Under the pieces are notes generated by a model that was not told the DNA's origin, did not search any database, and saw nothing but the letters and a program-made list of their open reading frames with translations. Below are positions 26,701 through 41,519 of a DNA stretch of 64,000 bases, in pieces (within the stretch, counting starts at the first letter, position 1; each line of letters opens with the position of its first letter). The position numbers were made by a program, and so were the translations under genes. The stretch is from Oikopleura dioica (lineage: Eukaryota > Animalia > Chordata): contig OU015568.1 in NCBI GenBank assembly GCA_907165135.1, forward strand, positions 12,152,001-12,216,000, written 5' to 3'.

Positions 26701-28296
26701 ACGATCCAACTGGTTTTACGAACCCATGGGCCCGTAAAGACATGGGACTTGGTCGCTTGCCCAACCATCTTGCTGGACTCAACCCTGGTCTTATGGGAAA
26801 TCCCATGGACAATCCAATGGTCAACCCGATTTCATCTGACCCCGCAGCGCTGATGGCTCAGATTCAGAAGAACCAAGAAATGTTTGCGGCCGCACAGGCG
26901 CAAGAAAACGCGCTCAACAATCCCATGCTCACACCTAACTCGATGCTTCTTCAACTGGCTGCTTCTATGCAGCGACAACTTCAAAATAGACTTCAACAAC
27001 AGGCTCAAACCTCTATTGCTGGCCCAATCCCCACTACATCGCCACTTCCAATGCCGTTCTCAGCCGGTCAAATGCAGCCCCAGCCAGTTGCAAGTCCTCC
27101 TACCCAGGCAATCGTCCAGGAAGTTGTTTCCAATACTGGCACTCCTGCTGGATCCCGACCTGGCTCCGTTGTCGGCTCCAACCCAGAAGAAGCTCAAGTT
27201 ATTGTAAAGACAGAATCTGTCGATGAAGATGGTCCCTCTACCAGCCCAGCAATCGTCACTCCTGAAAACAACGACATCAACGGAAACACTGAGATCCCGC
27301 CACCAGCACTCACTCCCCGGAGCACCGCCTCCGGCCAGGAAGTCGTCGTCGAGCCAGCTTCACCTCTGGGAGAAGACTCTGGTCTTCAGATCGCTGATCA
27401 GACTATCGCCACAGAGGCTTCCGAAGCTCGTTCCGCTTCAGTCAAGTCTGAGAAAATCGACGACGGTGCTAAATCCACCCACTCCGTTCACTCAAACGCT
27501 TCTGCTTCACGAAAACGCAAGCTCGAAGATCCAGGAATTGGACACATGATGTCGGAGCAGTTGTTACAGCAGCGACTTGCACAGGCGGCTCGGCCAAACA
27601 TACCATTCCCATTCGGCTTATCCCAATTCCAGGTAGCTCATCTCGCTTTATTGCAGTTCATAACACATCTTCTTAGGCACGCGAGCGACGCCCCTCAGGC
27701 GGATCATCCGACGAGTTGAGCCCGCCAGCCGCCAGAGCAGCACTTGGCGCCCAAATGCACGCATCTATGGCATTACAAAGGTAAATGATAACAAGCTGAA
27801 TATGTATTCGCGCCGGGTGGTCTGTAATACCGCTCCCATGATTTACTAATGTACTGGAACTCAGCTAACCCTCTTCTTTAGAATGCAAGGCGGCGATTTC
27901 TTCAGCCAGCTCGCTCAGCTCCAGCAACTCATGGGAGCCAACCAGAACGCTCCAATGCAGCCTTCGCGATGTGAACAATGTCAGATCACCTTCCCTGATC
28001 CAATTATGTACATGGCACATGTAGACATGCACAAGAATCCCGCCATTCATGTAAGTTGAGCACAAGAAGTCATGCGTGCCTAATTTTCACAAAAGGCAAC
28101 CTTTTTATCAAGTGGAATACTAAATCGGCGGCCTATTCCCCGATCCGTGTTCGACCTTTTTGACTACTACCACGTGACACGGCAGTACCTTAACATTCTC
28201 CTTCAGCCCTTTCAATGCTCGCGATGCAATCACATGTGCAAAGACCGAACCGAGTTCTTCCTTCACTTCAGAAACAACGAGCACCAAGAACACTAA
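23702..28296 (+). CDS. Ikaros/hunchback-type C2H2 zinc-finger transcription factor
   Basis: Three N-terminal C2H2 fingers (CPKC..HMKLKH; CDIC..HMEGSH; CKLC..HMFNKH), a long Q/P/S-rich middle (26583-27719), and the Ikaros-type C-terminal pair CQITFPDPIMYMAHVDMH...PFQCSRCNHMCKDRTEFFLHFRNNEH*. Putative first exon is MADTQ at 23702. Confidence 0.85.
24777..25530. mobile_element. TTAA-flanked MITE (Kolobok-like ends), in an intron of the Ikaros-like gene
   Basis: TIR GGATATAGCCGTTCTCAAGGCACTTTCGTAGCGCC and its reverse complement, TTAA on both sides (24773-24776, 25531-25534). GG termini with TTAA fit Kolobok better than piggyBac. Confidence 0.85.
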
Positions 28297-29430
28297 ATTC
28301 TTAAACTAGAAGAAAAAATTAATCAAAAAGAAGCTGTACTGTTAATTATTGCATTCTTTCAAATTTGCAAATTACTTTCAATTTTTCACACATTCATTTA
28401 TCTGCTGTTTATTTTGTAAAAATATAAATAACTTATTCAACACACAAAAACTGGTCCAGACTCATATTATTGCATTTTTCAGTACTGAAAACTTGGTAGT
28501 AAGTTCAAGGGAGTTGAGGTTGAGTAATACGGTGTTTATCTAAGGTAGTTAATCCTGTCAGTTTGGCGCGTGTTTGGTGTTGAAATTTTAACACCCAAAA
28601 AACACCAATTTCCTCAATTTCTGGCGTAAATCCTTCACACCTTGTCAGCCAAACTCCGCTTAGGGAATTTTCTAGTTTGTAACTTATAGCACGCATTGAA
28701 TAATATAATATGCCCGCTGTCAGTGAGCATTTGTTCCGCCTGTCGTACGGGTCGTACCGAACGGTAGCCAATTCGGTGCCTTAATTACCCGTAGACCAAA
28801 AGTAGACGCAAATTTATTCGGGTCTGTCAGGCGAACGCGAGATCCAATTCGTAAAGGGGCAGTATGCAGCGCAGCCGCAACAGTCTTCTTATAAATTTGT
28901 GAGAGACTCATTTACATAACTCAATTTAAAGAAAGGAAGAATATATTTTTGTCGTATAAGCTAAAAGTCATCTTAGAGCGCCAAAATGGCTGCTAATTCA
29001 GTTAGGGAGACAAAAACGTAAATTATGATGGCATCTGCGGTGGTATATTATTCCAATCTGTGAGGACTAAGACGGATGAAAGGAAGTATCGCAAGCTGTA
29101 GCATGTGATTTGTGCAGGACGGAAATACTGACTTCCGGGCAGAGAACGGTGAGTTCGTGTTTGGACGCACCTGCCACGAAGGGAAACTAACACTCCCAGT
29201 GCTGCAGCTCCCGCGACTAATCCCTTTTGATTCAGTCCTTTCAGTCGAGTCTTCTTATGATTTCTTATTCTAATTTGCCAATTTTAGCGAGCTTGCAATT
29301 TTGGCTTGTATATTTTTCTTGTGTTCAAGTGTTTTCAAGGACACTATCGCGGCAAGAGTACTCGTGTTTGATTAACCGACTGATTAATTAATTGAGTGAT
29401 TGGATATCAACCAACACGGTTAATTTTTAA

Positions 29431-30111
29431 GGGGGTCCCCCACGATTTTGCGATTTTGCGAATTAGATTTTTTTCTCTTCAGATCTGAATTCCTCGTGCA
29501 AAAAGCTGCAAAAAAGGTCTCTAGCTTTTTTCGATTTTTGTAGAAAAAAGTGTCTAAAATCGACCTTGAAGTTACCAATTTTGCTTCATCTTCATAAAAA
29601 TTGAAAAATCAACCCTTTTTTATAGTTGTCTAAAGGTCGCACATAGCACCTTTTTAGAAAGGCTATGAGCTAAGCTTTCTGAAAATGCCCGAAAATATGG
29701 GTTTGGGTTATGCCCAGAGGGCAATTTACATGATTGAAATTTCCGAAATCGTACATTTTTTTGATCGTCTTTGTTACATACACATTTTCTGGAAATAGAA
29801 AAAACTGAGAGACGCTTCACTAGATTAGTGTTAGAGCTTTAAGAAACAGCAGAAAAAAAATTTTTTGTAACCTAAATTTTTGGAGTAATCTCAGGTGAAA
29901 AAATGGCCAAAAACGCGATTATCTGCGAGATGCTTTCCTTCTCGGCGCCGTTGCGCAAGATGTGGTTGAATTTTAAAGAATCTGAGATACGCTTCACAAG
30001 ATCTAGGTTTGACCTACTTGTACGTGAAAAAATTTTTGAAAAATATAAGTCTGTGTCGGCGTGAGCGCCGGTCGAAAATGGCCAATTTCGGAAAAATCGT
30101 TGGGGACCCCC
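29431..30111. mobile_element. TTAA-flanked MITE (second family)
   Basis: TIR GGGGGTCCCCCACGATTTT vs AAAATCGTTGGGGACCCCC (one mismatch); TTAA at 29427-29430 and 30112-30115. Confidence 0.7.
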
Positions 30112-33100
30112 TTAATGCGTTGGGCCAACTTATACTCAAAAATGCAGCCGTAAAAATGGGGAAAATGGTTAGTATGCAAGGGATAAGCATCTGTGGAAGG
30201 TAGTTTGACAATATCTTCGGGCGCTGCCTGTCAAAGTACAAAGGCCACAGCAGCGCAAAGCAAACCTTGTTACCCATTTTACATAAAACACACACGAAAC
30301 ACCACAAGAAACACCTCACCTGCTTATTACACCAAACACGTTTTTTTTTCAAAATTTGAAAAAAAATGCTCTTCGGAAACATTTTTTTTGCGAAAATTTT
30401 CCAATCGCTGCGCAAAGTCGAAAAGTAAGCCCTATCTTTATCGCGACTGAGCGATTGTAATTATCAGATACCGGTAGGCAAGTGTGCTTTTCCGTAATGA
30501 TACGAAACCCAATCCCTAATCGTCCAACAATTCTACTTTTCAAATTGCGCTGGCTACACTAGAATTATTGATTTCTTAATCCCAAGTGATACTTCTCGGT
30601 TGGTTCTTTGATGCGCACTTGGAGAATCAAGTACCAAAGATATTGGATAGCCTCAATTCAAATTGAGCAAATTTTAGACTTGTATATTCGATTCAAGGCG
30701 AATTAAAAATTTGTATACCGAATTGACTAAAATCAACGAAAAGGTGCAATCGATCCGTCCCTTCTTTCTGGCGAGTAGCTAGTGTATCAAATATTGTTTT
30801 GCAAAATAAATGAGCTACATGGACCACAGAATGCGGTAACTTTGAAGTATGTTTTTCTTGCGCTTCCGTAAATTATTGACCAAACATCAACAGAAATTGA
30901 GTGAATAATTCCAATGAATTGTTTGCCGAAATAATATCTTACTGGATAATGTACAAGAGTGAGAGCATCACTTATTCAGCCCCTCTTCCTCTGAGAAGAT
31001 AGCCAAAGTGGGCGGTCGGATATCGCCTCCGCCAGTTTTGGCACTTTTTTGTTTCTAGTGCTTCAAATGTGTGATACTCGCTGTTTGCCAAACAGATACC
31101 AAACAGGAATGCTCCTTATCGCACGAGAACACAAAACTCACTGAAACGCCTTATCAACTCTCCTGCTGCGTTTCATTACTGAACATTTCTCTTTGTAATA
31201 GAATGTCACGACTTTTTTCTGGCACGAGAATGAGAATTATAAATCTTCAAAAACGACGATAACGATTTCAAAATTGAGAAAAAATAAATCTTCTAAAAAA
31301 TAAATCCCGAAAAAACGCAGCTTCTTTACTTTGAGATAAGAAAAAGAATTAATTCTCCATTTCTTTCTATGCCCGATTACAATTGAAAGAAAAGGCTCCT
31401 GGAGCGGATTATTGCACCTGCAGATGGAGAGACACGGAAAGACCGATTGAAGAAGTTGCGATTAGCGCGGTATTATCCGGCAATATCACAAATCGCCGGT
31501 TTCCTGCTGTGAGCCGCACGTGGCGCTGTGGCGGGCAGCCGATTGGTCGAGCGGGCAGAGTACGGGAAACTGTACTCTCGCGAGCGCCGCTTATCGAGCT
31601 CAGAATAATGAATCATCATTTTCTGAGGATTGATGACTCTTTTAAGCACCTAAGAAAGCATGAAAAGGAAGAACTCGAATATAATGGCCAATTAATTCAA
31701 GTTCTTTTTCTCAATCACTAATTCGATACGAAAATAATTATATCTCGGTGAGGGTATTTGAGAAAGTTTAGTTCTCGTTTGAAGTGCGATCTGACAGGGA
31801 TCTAATTTATTAAAACGACTTTTGTATAAGGCGCTAGTCTAAATAGTAAAAGATCCGTCTGGCAGGTCCGCCGTTCTCACGGAATCGTAAAAGTCCGCTG
31901 TTTTCAAAGACAATTTTGCCGGACTGGAAGTTAATTCGAATTCAGAAAAGTGAGCCTCTCGGAGCTCAAGTGGGTAACGTTTCGTTATCAGGGCGTATTT
32001 AGTATCTCTAGGTAAGATAGAATCAAATTTTCGACCCTCGATACTTTACGCGTAAGCCCCTGTTTGCTCCAAAACAGAAGCTACTCCCGTGTTCTTTCCT
32101 TGAGAACCATTATCTGGGATTAGAATTATGTTCTTTTGTAAATAGAGCAGGTGGACAGCGGAACAAAAACTTGCCCTTTGACAATTTTCCGCTGGGCGAA
32201 GTCCGATAATTTGGGGATATGGGAAATATGGGATTTTCTTTTTATCTTGACATGTGGTCCCCACCCACTTGCGGTCAGATGGGCGAAATTCGCTTTTCCG
32301 GGAATTTCGAACTGTTCTATCCTTAAGGGGGTAGACCTTTTTTTTGGTTGGCAAGAGCTTGATGTTCGGAAAGGTTCTAACTCAATTTTCAGAGCGTGAA
32401 ATGCGGAACATAAGTGAATCATTTATTCGAGGTAGATTTCTGTCCGTGCCAGTTTGACCAGGTTAGTTGTCCTCTTTTCCGTTACGAATTTGTCCCCGGC
32501 GCTCATTTGCCACCACAAATACAATGTAGATTCTGCACGCTCCTCAACCGCGCGGTTTTTACCTCCATCCTGGCACCACCGGGCCCGTAGACGGACATTA
32601 ATGCAATTCATAATTTTACGCTGCACTTTTGGGGCATTATGAACATTTTAAACTTCGTCTGCAAAGGCAGGTTAAATGAATCAAAGAATGAAAAAATTCA
32701 ATTCCTGTCATTTAAAAAACGTAAATCCGCTTGCTAACCGCCACTTCCGCTAATTCGCGCTAGAAATCGGATTCGGGTAAAACTCTTGTAAACATTGTTT
32801 CATCGGGCAGTAAGTATAATGTCCTTTGATCCTTAGTTCTAAAATATTCAAAGTATCTGAGCGACAGGAGCAGATCCTCTTTGCGACGCAAATATTTACG
32901 ATGGAAGGGACAACCCTAATTAGATGAAAATCTCCTCTGCAAAATATACTTCCACAGGCGAACCTGCATAAATTAACACAAAACATGCGTCGGTTATGAA
33001 TACCGAAAGAAAAAGGCCCTTTATTTTGTTGACCAGAATAAGGGGGTCAGTAAGCTAACTCTTCGAAAATTTAACTTGAAAATCACTTTGCACATCTTTA

Positions 33101-33410
33101 GTTTTGAGAATTTTCGGTAGTTTGAAAATGGCAACAAAAAGAAAGAAAACCCGACAGATTGGAAAAGTGAGATCTCTGTGGCTTTTCGATTATTTGCTTA
33201 TTTTCATTGTCGGCAGGTGAGTAACCGTCATTGTGGTGGTAAATCTATGTCGAGTGGTTATGCTTTAAAAAAAAAGAACTCGGCGTGGCTTTCAATTGTC
33301 CGATAATATTGTCCGATGCTTCGAAACATGGCGGTAGTGCAGATACGATAAAATAGATACCGACACCACCAACACCACAAATCAACCTGCGCCCGTGATG
33401 CTACAAATGT

Positions 33411-34388
<978 letters not shown>

Positions 34389-35279
34389 CTCATCATTTTT
34401 TACTTTTGATCTACTCTGTACATTTTCGAAACCATTTCATTTTTTGCATGATTTTTCTTCTAATAAACCTTCAATCATTTTTTCTCTTTTTACGGGTTAT
34501 TTTTACGATAAGTAATATTTATCCGGATTTAGCGAAGGCGAAGCTCTCGATCCACTTGTGCCTCTCAGTGGAAGAAGTATCAAAGCGGCGAGAACCTGTA
34601 TAAACCTTTCCTCAATAGGGCACTTGTTTGATTCCTCGCCATTAGCCCGTGCTAATACTCGGACGTCACTTACCACTCGGTAAGTGAGAGAGCCACCTAA
34701 CTAAATTTTCACCCTCCTCGAAAGGTTGGAAAACCGGCAGAAATGTCCGACAATCAAGATTTTAGAAACTATTTTCGTCAATTTTGAACCCTCCAGCTAA
34801 TTATGAGAATAATTGTAAGTCAGCAAATCCATTCTGTCGACCACAAATGCATTGGACTTTTTGTCAGTTTCTTTGCTTTTTATAGCCACAAAACAGAACC
34901 GTCAAAATTACCACTGGACTGGAGTCTGACCACAAAGCAGGTCCATTTGTGACCGCAGTTTTCACTACTTATGATGTGAAAAGACTCGATAAACATGAAT
35001 ATAATATGCAATAATGTATAATGGCATTTTTTACTCGCTGCGTATTCTGACAGCAGACTGATGCATTATTCAAAGAGCATCTGTAAGTGTCTCTCTTGCT
35101 CAATTTGTGCATCATCAATTCGCAAACCGCGAAGAGTTGTGAGTTCTCCTCCGATATACTAAGAAATCGATTTTGAACTCGCGCTCGTTGTCTGTCTGAA
35201 ATCATAGAAGATAAACTATTTTATTTTTCAGGATTTCTGGGTAAATAAGTCAGGAGAGGCGTAATCGACAAAGAACTCA

Positions 35280-36855
35280 TTAGAAATGATCACTGTCGAA
35301 GCAGAACTCTTCGCAGCTATTGAGGCAGATGTCAGCTTGAACTTCGTAGAAAACGGCATTGTCAAGGACTGGATCGAGCTCAGCAAGTTCAACGACGTCG
35401 TAAGGAGGGAGGAGATTCATTCTTTGGATTTCAGCGCCGGCTAGGAGAACCTCACTTCCCAGTAGAACAGCGGATCCTTCATGGAGAGGCTAAATGAGAT
35501 TTAATATTTGCTCGACATTTGGATTCCGACCTTGAGGAGTCGCTGACGGAACTGGAATCGGAAACTCTGAGTTTGGGAGTCTTCCATCATTTCGTAGACA
35601 TCAGATTGCAAGTCGTTGCTATCATAGCCGCCAAAAAGGAAGGCTTGATCAGTGTCGAGGACGGAAACAATTGTCATATCCGCGATTCCGCTGATGAAAA
35701 AATATAATTGATTTCTTTTATGAAAGTATTTCTACCTATTCTTAGGGAAATCTTCATATTCAGTCCAACCGTTTCGTCCGAGGAACTCGAGTTTACTGTT
35801 AAATGTATCGCTTTTTTGGGTTTATGATTGAATTGAACTTGAAAATTGTTGACGTGCTCAATGACAGTAAATCCGATCCTGTTCATAGCTCCGCCTCCAA
35901 TGGCAAAAACTTGTTTCTTATAGATTCCCAAGCCACCTCTAGAGTGATCATTTTTGGTCGATGCAAGAATAGGGTTGCTGTTTACGCCGTCAAACTCAAA
36001 GCAACTTTTGCTAGATGAACCGAAGCAAAAGTTCATCACTAAAAATCAATAAATTTTATAGTTTTGACATTTTCCTTACTGTCATCTTCGAATCCAATGT
36101 TGTTTTCAATGATCGCGCATTTTCCGTGATAGGAATCAAACGAGTATCCGAGCTGGACTCCAGTGTCTTCAATCGCACAACCTTCAATTTTAGCAACTTG
36201 GCGCTTCTTAGTCATACCACCGAACATCAAGTGTTCGCCCTTGAAAAACGCATAACAAGCCGCGTCGAGCTCGACATCCAAGAATGGACCGTATCGACGC
36301 TGCTCGAAGACACTTCCATCTCGACTGATGATTTTACCAACGAGTCGCATCTCTTCATCAAGAAGCACTGCGTATCGTTGGCAAGTAAAGTTGTCGCAAG
36401 GACAGCCGCCTGGGCAATTGCTTCGGCATGGACACTCGGCAACTTTTGTCTGTAGCTCCATGCTACAGTCCGCGATGCATGAATCATCTGGGCACGCCTA
36501 GAGACTAATTTTAAAACAGCGATATAGAAGATCTTACCTTCATACAAGCTGCATGCTCATCCGAAAACTTGTCCACACAGAACTCGTGCTCGCCGTTGAG
36601 ATGCAGATCCTTGCAGCTGCAAACTGGGTTGCCACAGCCAGCACAGCCGTCTGGGCACTCGTCATTGCAGGGACAGGCAGCCCCGCAACGAGCGGCTTCT
36701 CCCAAACATTCATACTGACAAGAGCTGTTCGAGCAATTGGCGTAGCACTCTGCAAGATCAGCGTTGCAGAAATCTTCGCATCGCTTTTGAAGATCCTCAT
36801 CTGGGCAAGTTTGCCCGAAAGAGGATCCAATGAGAAAAGTTGACAATAGCTTCAT
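35280..36855 (-). CDS. Secreted Cys-rich repeat plus Kelch-like beta-propeller protein
   Basis: Signal-like MKLLSTFLIGSSFG, repeated CPCxxxCPxGC modules, then propeller-like GG motifs (HLMFGG, GLGIYKKQVFAIGG). Confidence 0.6.
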
Positions 36856-36989
36856 ACTCGAGAATTTTCCGGTCTCTTGTGAAATATTGAAGAGGGGAAA
36901 ATCGAACGGCAGATTTTAATGATTGTTGGTCAAATATCAGAGGGAAGAAGGAGACGGATTGTGTAAATTTCAGACTGCAGCCTTGATTA

Positions 36990-37700
36990 CAGTCGTTACG
37001 CACAATTCCGTAACGCACAATTCCGGACATTTAGAGGAAAACGGAAAAAATTAAAAAACGCACAATTCCGGACAATTCGACAAAAAATATTAACTGAAAT
37101 TTATATCGTATAAGTTGACCAAGATTGAATGTTTCTCTTTGGATTTTATTGTGACATGTTTCGATCTTTGTAAGAGTCATTTTCAAACTAAAGAACAGCT
37201 ACAGTAAGTCACAAGTAGTAGGAGAAAAGAATACCCTTGAGTCGTTATGAATTTACGAAAAACGCAACTGAACAGAAAAAGCGAGGAGCTGCTCCATCTC
37301 AAAAACAACTGCACCTCGCTTTTTCTGTTCAATTGCGTTTTTCCTATTTAAAATTCATAACAACTCAAAGGTATTCTTTTCTCCTATTATTTGTGACTTA
37401 CTGTAGCTGTTCTTTAGTTTGAAAATGATCTAACAAAGATCGAAACATGTCACAATAAAATCCAAGGAGAAACATTAACTGAAATTTATTTTACTTGATC
37501 ATTTTCTTGCAAAAAAACTAAGAATGCTTGCTTGTTTCTTCGGCTTTTCTGGCTTCTGCTTTTTTCTCGATATTTTACGTTTTGAATAAAAAACAAGCAT
37601 TTTGAAAACAAAAATTTTTTCCATCTAGAATCCGCACAATTCCGGACATTTGGCCCTTTTTGCTGAAAAAAAAAGTGTCCGGAATTGTGCGTAACGACTG
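36990..37700. mobile_element. pogo-like MITE with a nested inverted-repeat segment (37128-37476)
   Basis: TIR CAGTCGTTACGCACAATTCCG, TA flanks (36988-36989, 37701-37702), internal CGCACAATTCCG subrepeats, and an inner segment with about 90-bp inverted arms. Confidence 0.8.
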
Positions 37701-37840
37701 TATACAGTAAAAATGGCGATCATGCGAAGTTTCTAGCTGATTTTGAGAAAAAAAGTCTCTAGATGAATTACAAACAAAAAAGTTTTCAATCAAAATCTTC
37801 AGTTTCCCGATCAAATTCCTCCTAAACGGACATTTTCAGA

Positions 37841-40500
37841 ATGAGTCTTCGTATCGGAACTATCCCGCGTGTCTTCAACCTTGAAATAACACCGGATTTC
37901 GGGGGCCCGATTCTCCTCGTTGTTCTCTATCTTGAGGCGTTGGCCCCGGATCAAAATGGACGGCGACTTCGAGCCGCTCTTTTCGACGGAAAGTACGAGC
38001 AGCAGATGATTGTAATTCGTACGAAAAGAAACATCGCTAGAGGAGACCTGATTAAAATTCCTAGCTGGAAAATGGTCGGTTGGGAACATGGAAAACACAT
38101 GCTAGGTTGAAAAAAGTTCCAATTTTATTGTCTTCATAAATACAATATTTTTCAACACAAAAACAGACCATCATGGAGATTGACGACAATTTTGAAGTCT
38201 TGCAACGAAGAATCGATGTTCGACCACACGTTCCTTTCCTCAGAAATAAGATTCTTTGGACGAATGGCGATCCCTATCCGAACATGTTTACTAACAACCT
38301 TCAACTTGCGCTTCTCAATGATGATTTCCGAAAATCCCTTCATGGATTTTTCTAACTTTATCGACATCTGCCTTTATCATTCCATTCAACTGAAACAATT
38401 TATCAGAATAAAAAATACACCATAAATTGAGATTCTCATTATTTTGATGGAATCATAAAAATAGCCATTTTGCCCAGAAAAAAGTTTTACGAGCGATTTC
38501 GAATTGAAATCAAAAACATAAAGAGAAATGATTTCCCTCAGAAACATTTTAATTTTCCTTTTCTGCTTTCAAAACGCATCCGGCGAGTGTACTGAGTCAA
38601 GCTGCAGGAAAAAAGTTTCAACCAAGTGCATATCCTCATCGAAATTCTTTTCTATCGAATTTTAGTGGCGGATTGAAGGAGAATTACGAAGTGAAGTTCA
38701 AAAATCACCTGCGCGAAGGCCAAGCTTCAGAGCTTATTCTGATGCGGGACATAGTAGTCAAGCGAAATGGCAAATTTGTCACTCAAACTGCGACGCCTCT
38801 CATTGTTGCTACGCGCATCGCCAATGGACAAGTCGTTGTTGATGTCATTCAGAAGAATAGAGGACGAAAAAGTACGCTGGGAACAGGAATGGATGAAAAT
38901 TGACTGTTTTCTGAAAAATTATTTTTCGCTTTCAATGTTATTTTTATCTAGTGAAGCTCGCGGATTCCGAAAACTAAGAAATGGGAGCTTCACCGTCGGC
39001 GTTTCAGTTCGAAGTTGTAATAATGACAACTGCCAGCTTCGCGTTAAACTCAACGGAAAAGATGCAAAGAAGAAATTTGGTCGAAACACCCAGCGAAAAA
39101 ACTATCCGTTCAAGGTTTCAAGATTGACGCTTTCGAAGGTTAATTTTGTCGCATGCAAGAATATCGATCGAATCCCAGGTAAAGGTTGACTTCAGAGCGT
39201 TCATGATCATTTTTAGTGACGGAATGTTCTGTCCAGCCAAGAATGATTCGGCGACAGTTTTGGAAGAGCTTGTCGGAGCCTAACTGTGGCAGGACGTTTA
39301 AAGTCACACCAGAAGAAATGCACGCGATTCCGAGCTTCATCAGAACGACTTTGAAAGATGACGCTGTTGACAAACATCTAAATGTACTTTTTGATTTCTC
39401 TCTCATGTCAATCACTTTTCAAGGAATGTCTTTACGCAAGTGAAAAGCTCAGAATCTCAAGAGAACATGTCGTTGGCGGAGTGAACGCATACCCTGGTCT
39501 CTCTCCTTGGACAGCATCCATCCGTGCGTTGATAAATGATAACCATCGAACTTGCGAGGCAAATGTTGGCACTGCAACGCTGATTGACAAGTGCTGGCTT
39601 CTAACTGCTGAGCACGTGGTTGGAATCGGAAGTAAACTCAGTTCCTTCAAAGTTCGTCTCGGTGATTATTTTAACCGCGGTTCTTCGACAATGCGACAAA
39701 CTGCCAACTGCGATCAAAACGACGAAAGAATGAATGGATTCTTTGGGCGAGTAGAGAGCGAGCATGAAAGTGAAATCGAACATTTTATCCGACATCCGGA
39801 CATTGACGGAGAGCATATCGATGTGGCGCTTATAAAGATGAAAAACTGCGTTGAGGATTATACAAAATATATTCAACCGGTTTGTCTCCCGGAATCTCTG
39901 AATGAGTTTAGTGATGATATTTGTGGAGTTGTTTCTGGATGGGGAAAGAGCAGCCCGACACAGGAAAGAATACCGGAAGTACAAAGTTGATGTCGCAAGA
40001 AAAATTAGTATTCGTATAAGGGCCCGTTGGAAACCCCTGCAGTTCTTCAAATTACTTCTATTGCGCATATTTCAGAAAAGCAGTGTAAAGAAGAGTTTGA
40101 TAAACAAAACACAAGAATCGATCATAAATTTAAATCTGGGGTAAATATTTGACCCCCAAATTCGGGGCCCGAGTGAAGTTCACTTTGTTCTAGGTTATTT
40201 TTTGCGCGGGAACACCAGACTCTAGTCCAACAACTCGTGACACTTGCAGTGGCGACAGCGGCGGTCCTTTTGTTTCTTATGGGTTCAGGGAAGAAGATGA
40301 GTTCACTGAAATCAAGGAAGACTACGCGCGAGATGATAGAGCTGTTTTGCTCGGAATAACTTCCAGCGGCGCGAAGGTAAAAAACCTGCACGCAAACTGA
40401 TCATAATTTTTAGAATTGCAATGTCTATGGTTTCTACAGTCGCGTTACAAGCATTATGGATTGGATTTACGAAGTCAAAATGAACGCTAAATACAATTGA
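37841..40500 (+). CDS. Trypsin-family (S1A) serine protease; N-terminal exons uncertain
   Basis: VVGG start, LTAEH (His), HIDVAL (Asp), GWGK and DTCSGDSGGP (Ser, about 40250); ends FYSRVTSIMDWI...*. Linkage of the upstream exons (37841-39400) is not established. Confidence 0.8.
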
Positions 40501-41519
40501 CTGTAATGAATTTCATCAACGGAAGAACTGTATTGTGAAAATAGCCTTCGAGATGCCTGAAAGCGACATTGACCAAGTGCATCGGAAATGTGAAACACAT
40601 CCTTGTGTCTGTTTGCTCGAAAGGCCAAACAGGAAATACTTCCGCCGCTCGCAACTTTGGTCGGACAATGTGACCGCCAGATTACGCCAATTGTACTTAT
40701 GCAAAGTCAAAAGTCAAATTCGCATATTTTTCAATTTCCCATCAATGCAACGAACTTATTTGTGTTTCATTTTGGCACTTTTACAACGTGTTCCTTTCCT
40801 GCCAAGATGTTGAAACTCGGTAGACTAGGGGAGCAGGGTTTTATGAAAAATCAAATAAGAAGGGTCTACCGTAGCGGCTGATAAGTACCACTGACCTTTT
40901 TCAATATCATCGGAACTGGTATTTTTTGAGATTTCCGAGAGCAGTAAAAGCTTATCGAAAATCAAGCCACCGAAAACATCAAAAAATCATCGAAAAAGAT
41001 AAGCACGTATTCATTCTCGTTCGAGTCAGCGTAGCGCGCGCACGAAAATAATATTTTTCGATTTTTCTTCGGAAATTTCGTTGCGCCCTTTCTTTCACTG
41101 CTTGAGCCGAGAACCTGTTCTTTTCTAGCGATCCTCGCTCCATTAGACAGGCAGTCTGGTTAACTTAACCCTAAACCTTTCTCTTTGTATTAAGGTAAGA
41201 GTCGCCTTAAAGACTCTGGCAGTTTCTCTTTGAATTACTCTAATCTTTCACGTCCACCACTGCTTGGTACAGTCGCCATAACGACTGATCTCTTCTTATT
41301 GATCTTCAGCAAGGAGGAGGAGGCTATTTCCTCCTCCTTCTTCTACTTGACGTTAAGGCTGCGGCCCCGCTACTCGCATTCGCGCCAAAAAGCGTTACTT
41401 TCTCACAAATACCCAACGGTCGCATTTGTTTCGCGCGTTCAGCTGCGCCGGACCCTGTCGCTCGGTCCTTGTTTCACTCTCTCAAAAGAGATTTTGAGAG
41501 ATTGAACTGCCCGCACTGA

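Noticed and set aside
40516-41050. Possible host gene interrupted by the giant retroelement
   Set aside because: Open frames on either side of the TSD (also 59288-59629) could not be joined into a credible CDS; the insertion site looks intergenic or promoter-like.
41165-41177. Telomere-like TTAACCCTAAACC in the element leader
   Set aside because: It is a single degenerate unit with no array, so it does not support telomere targeting.
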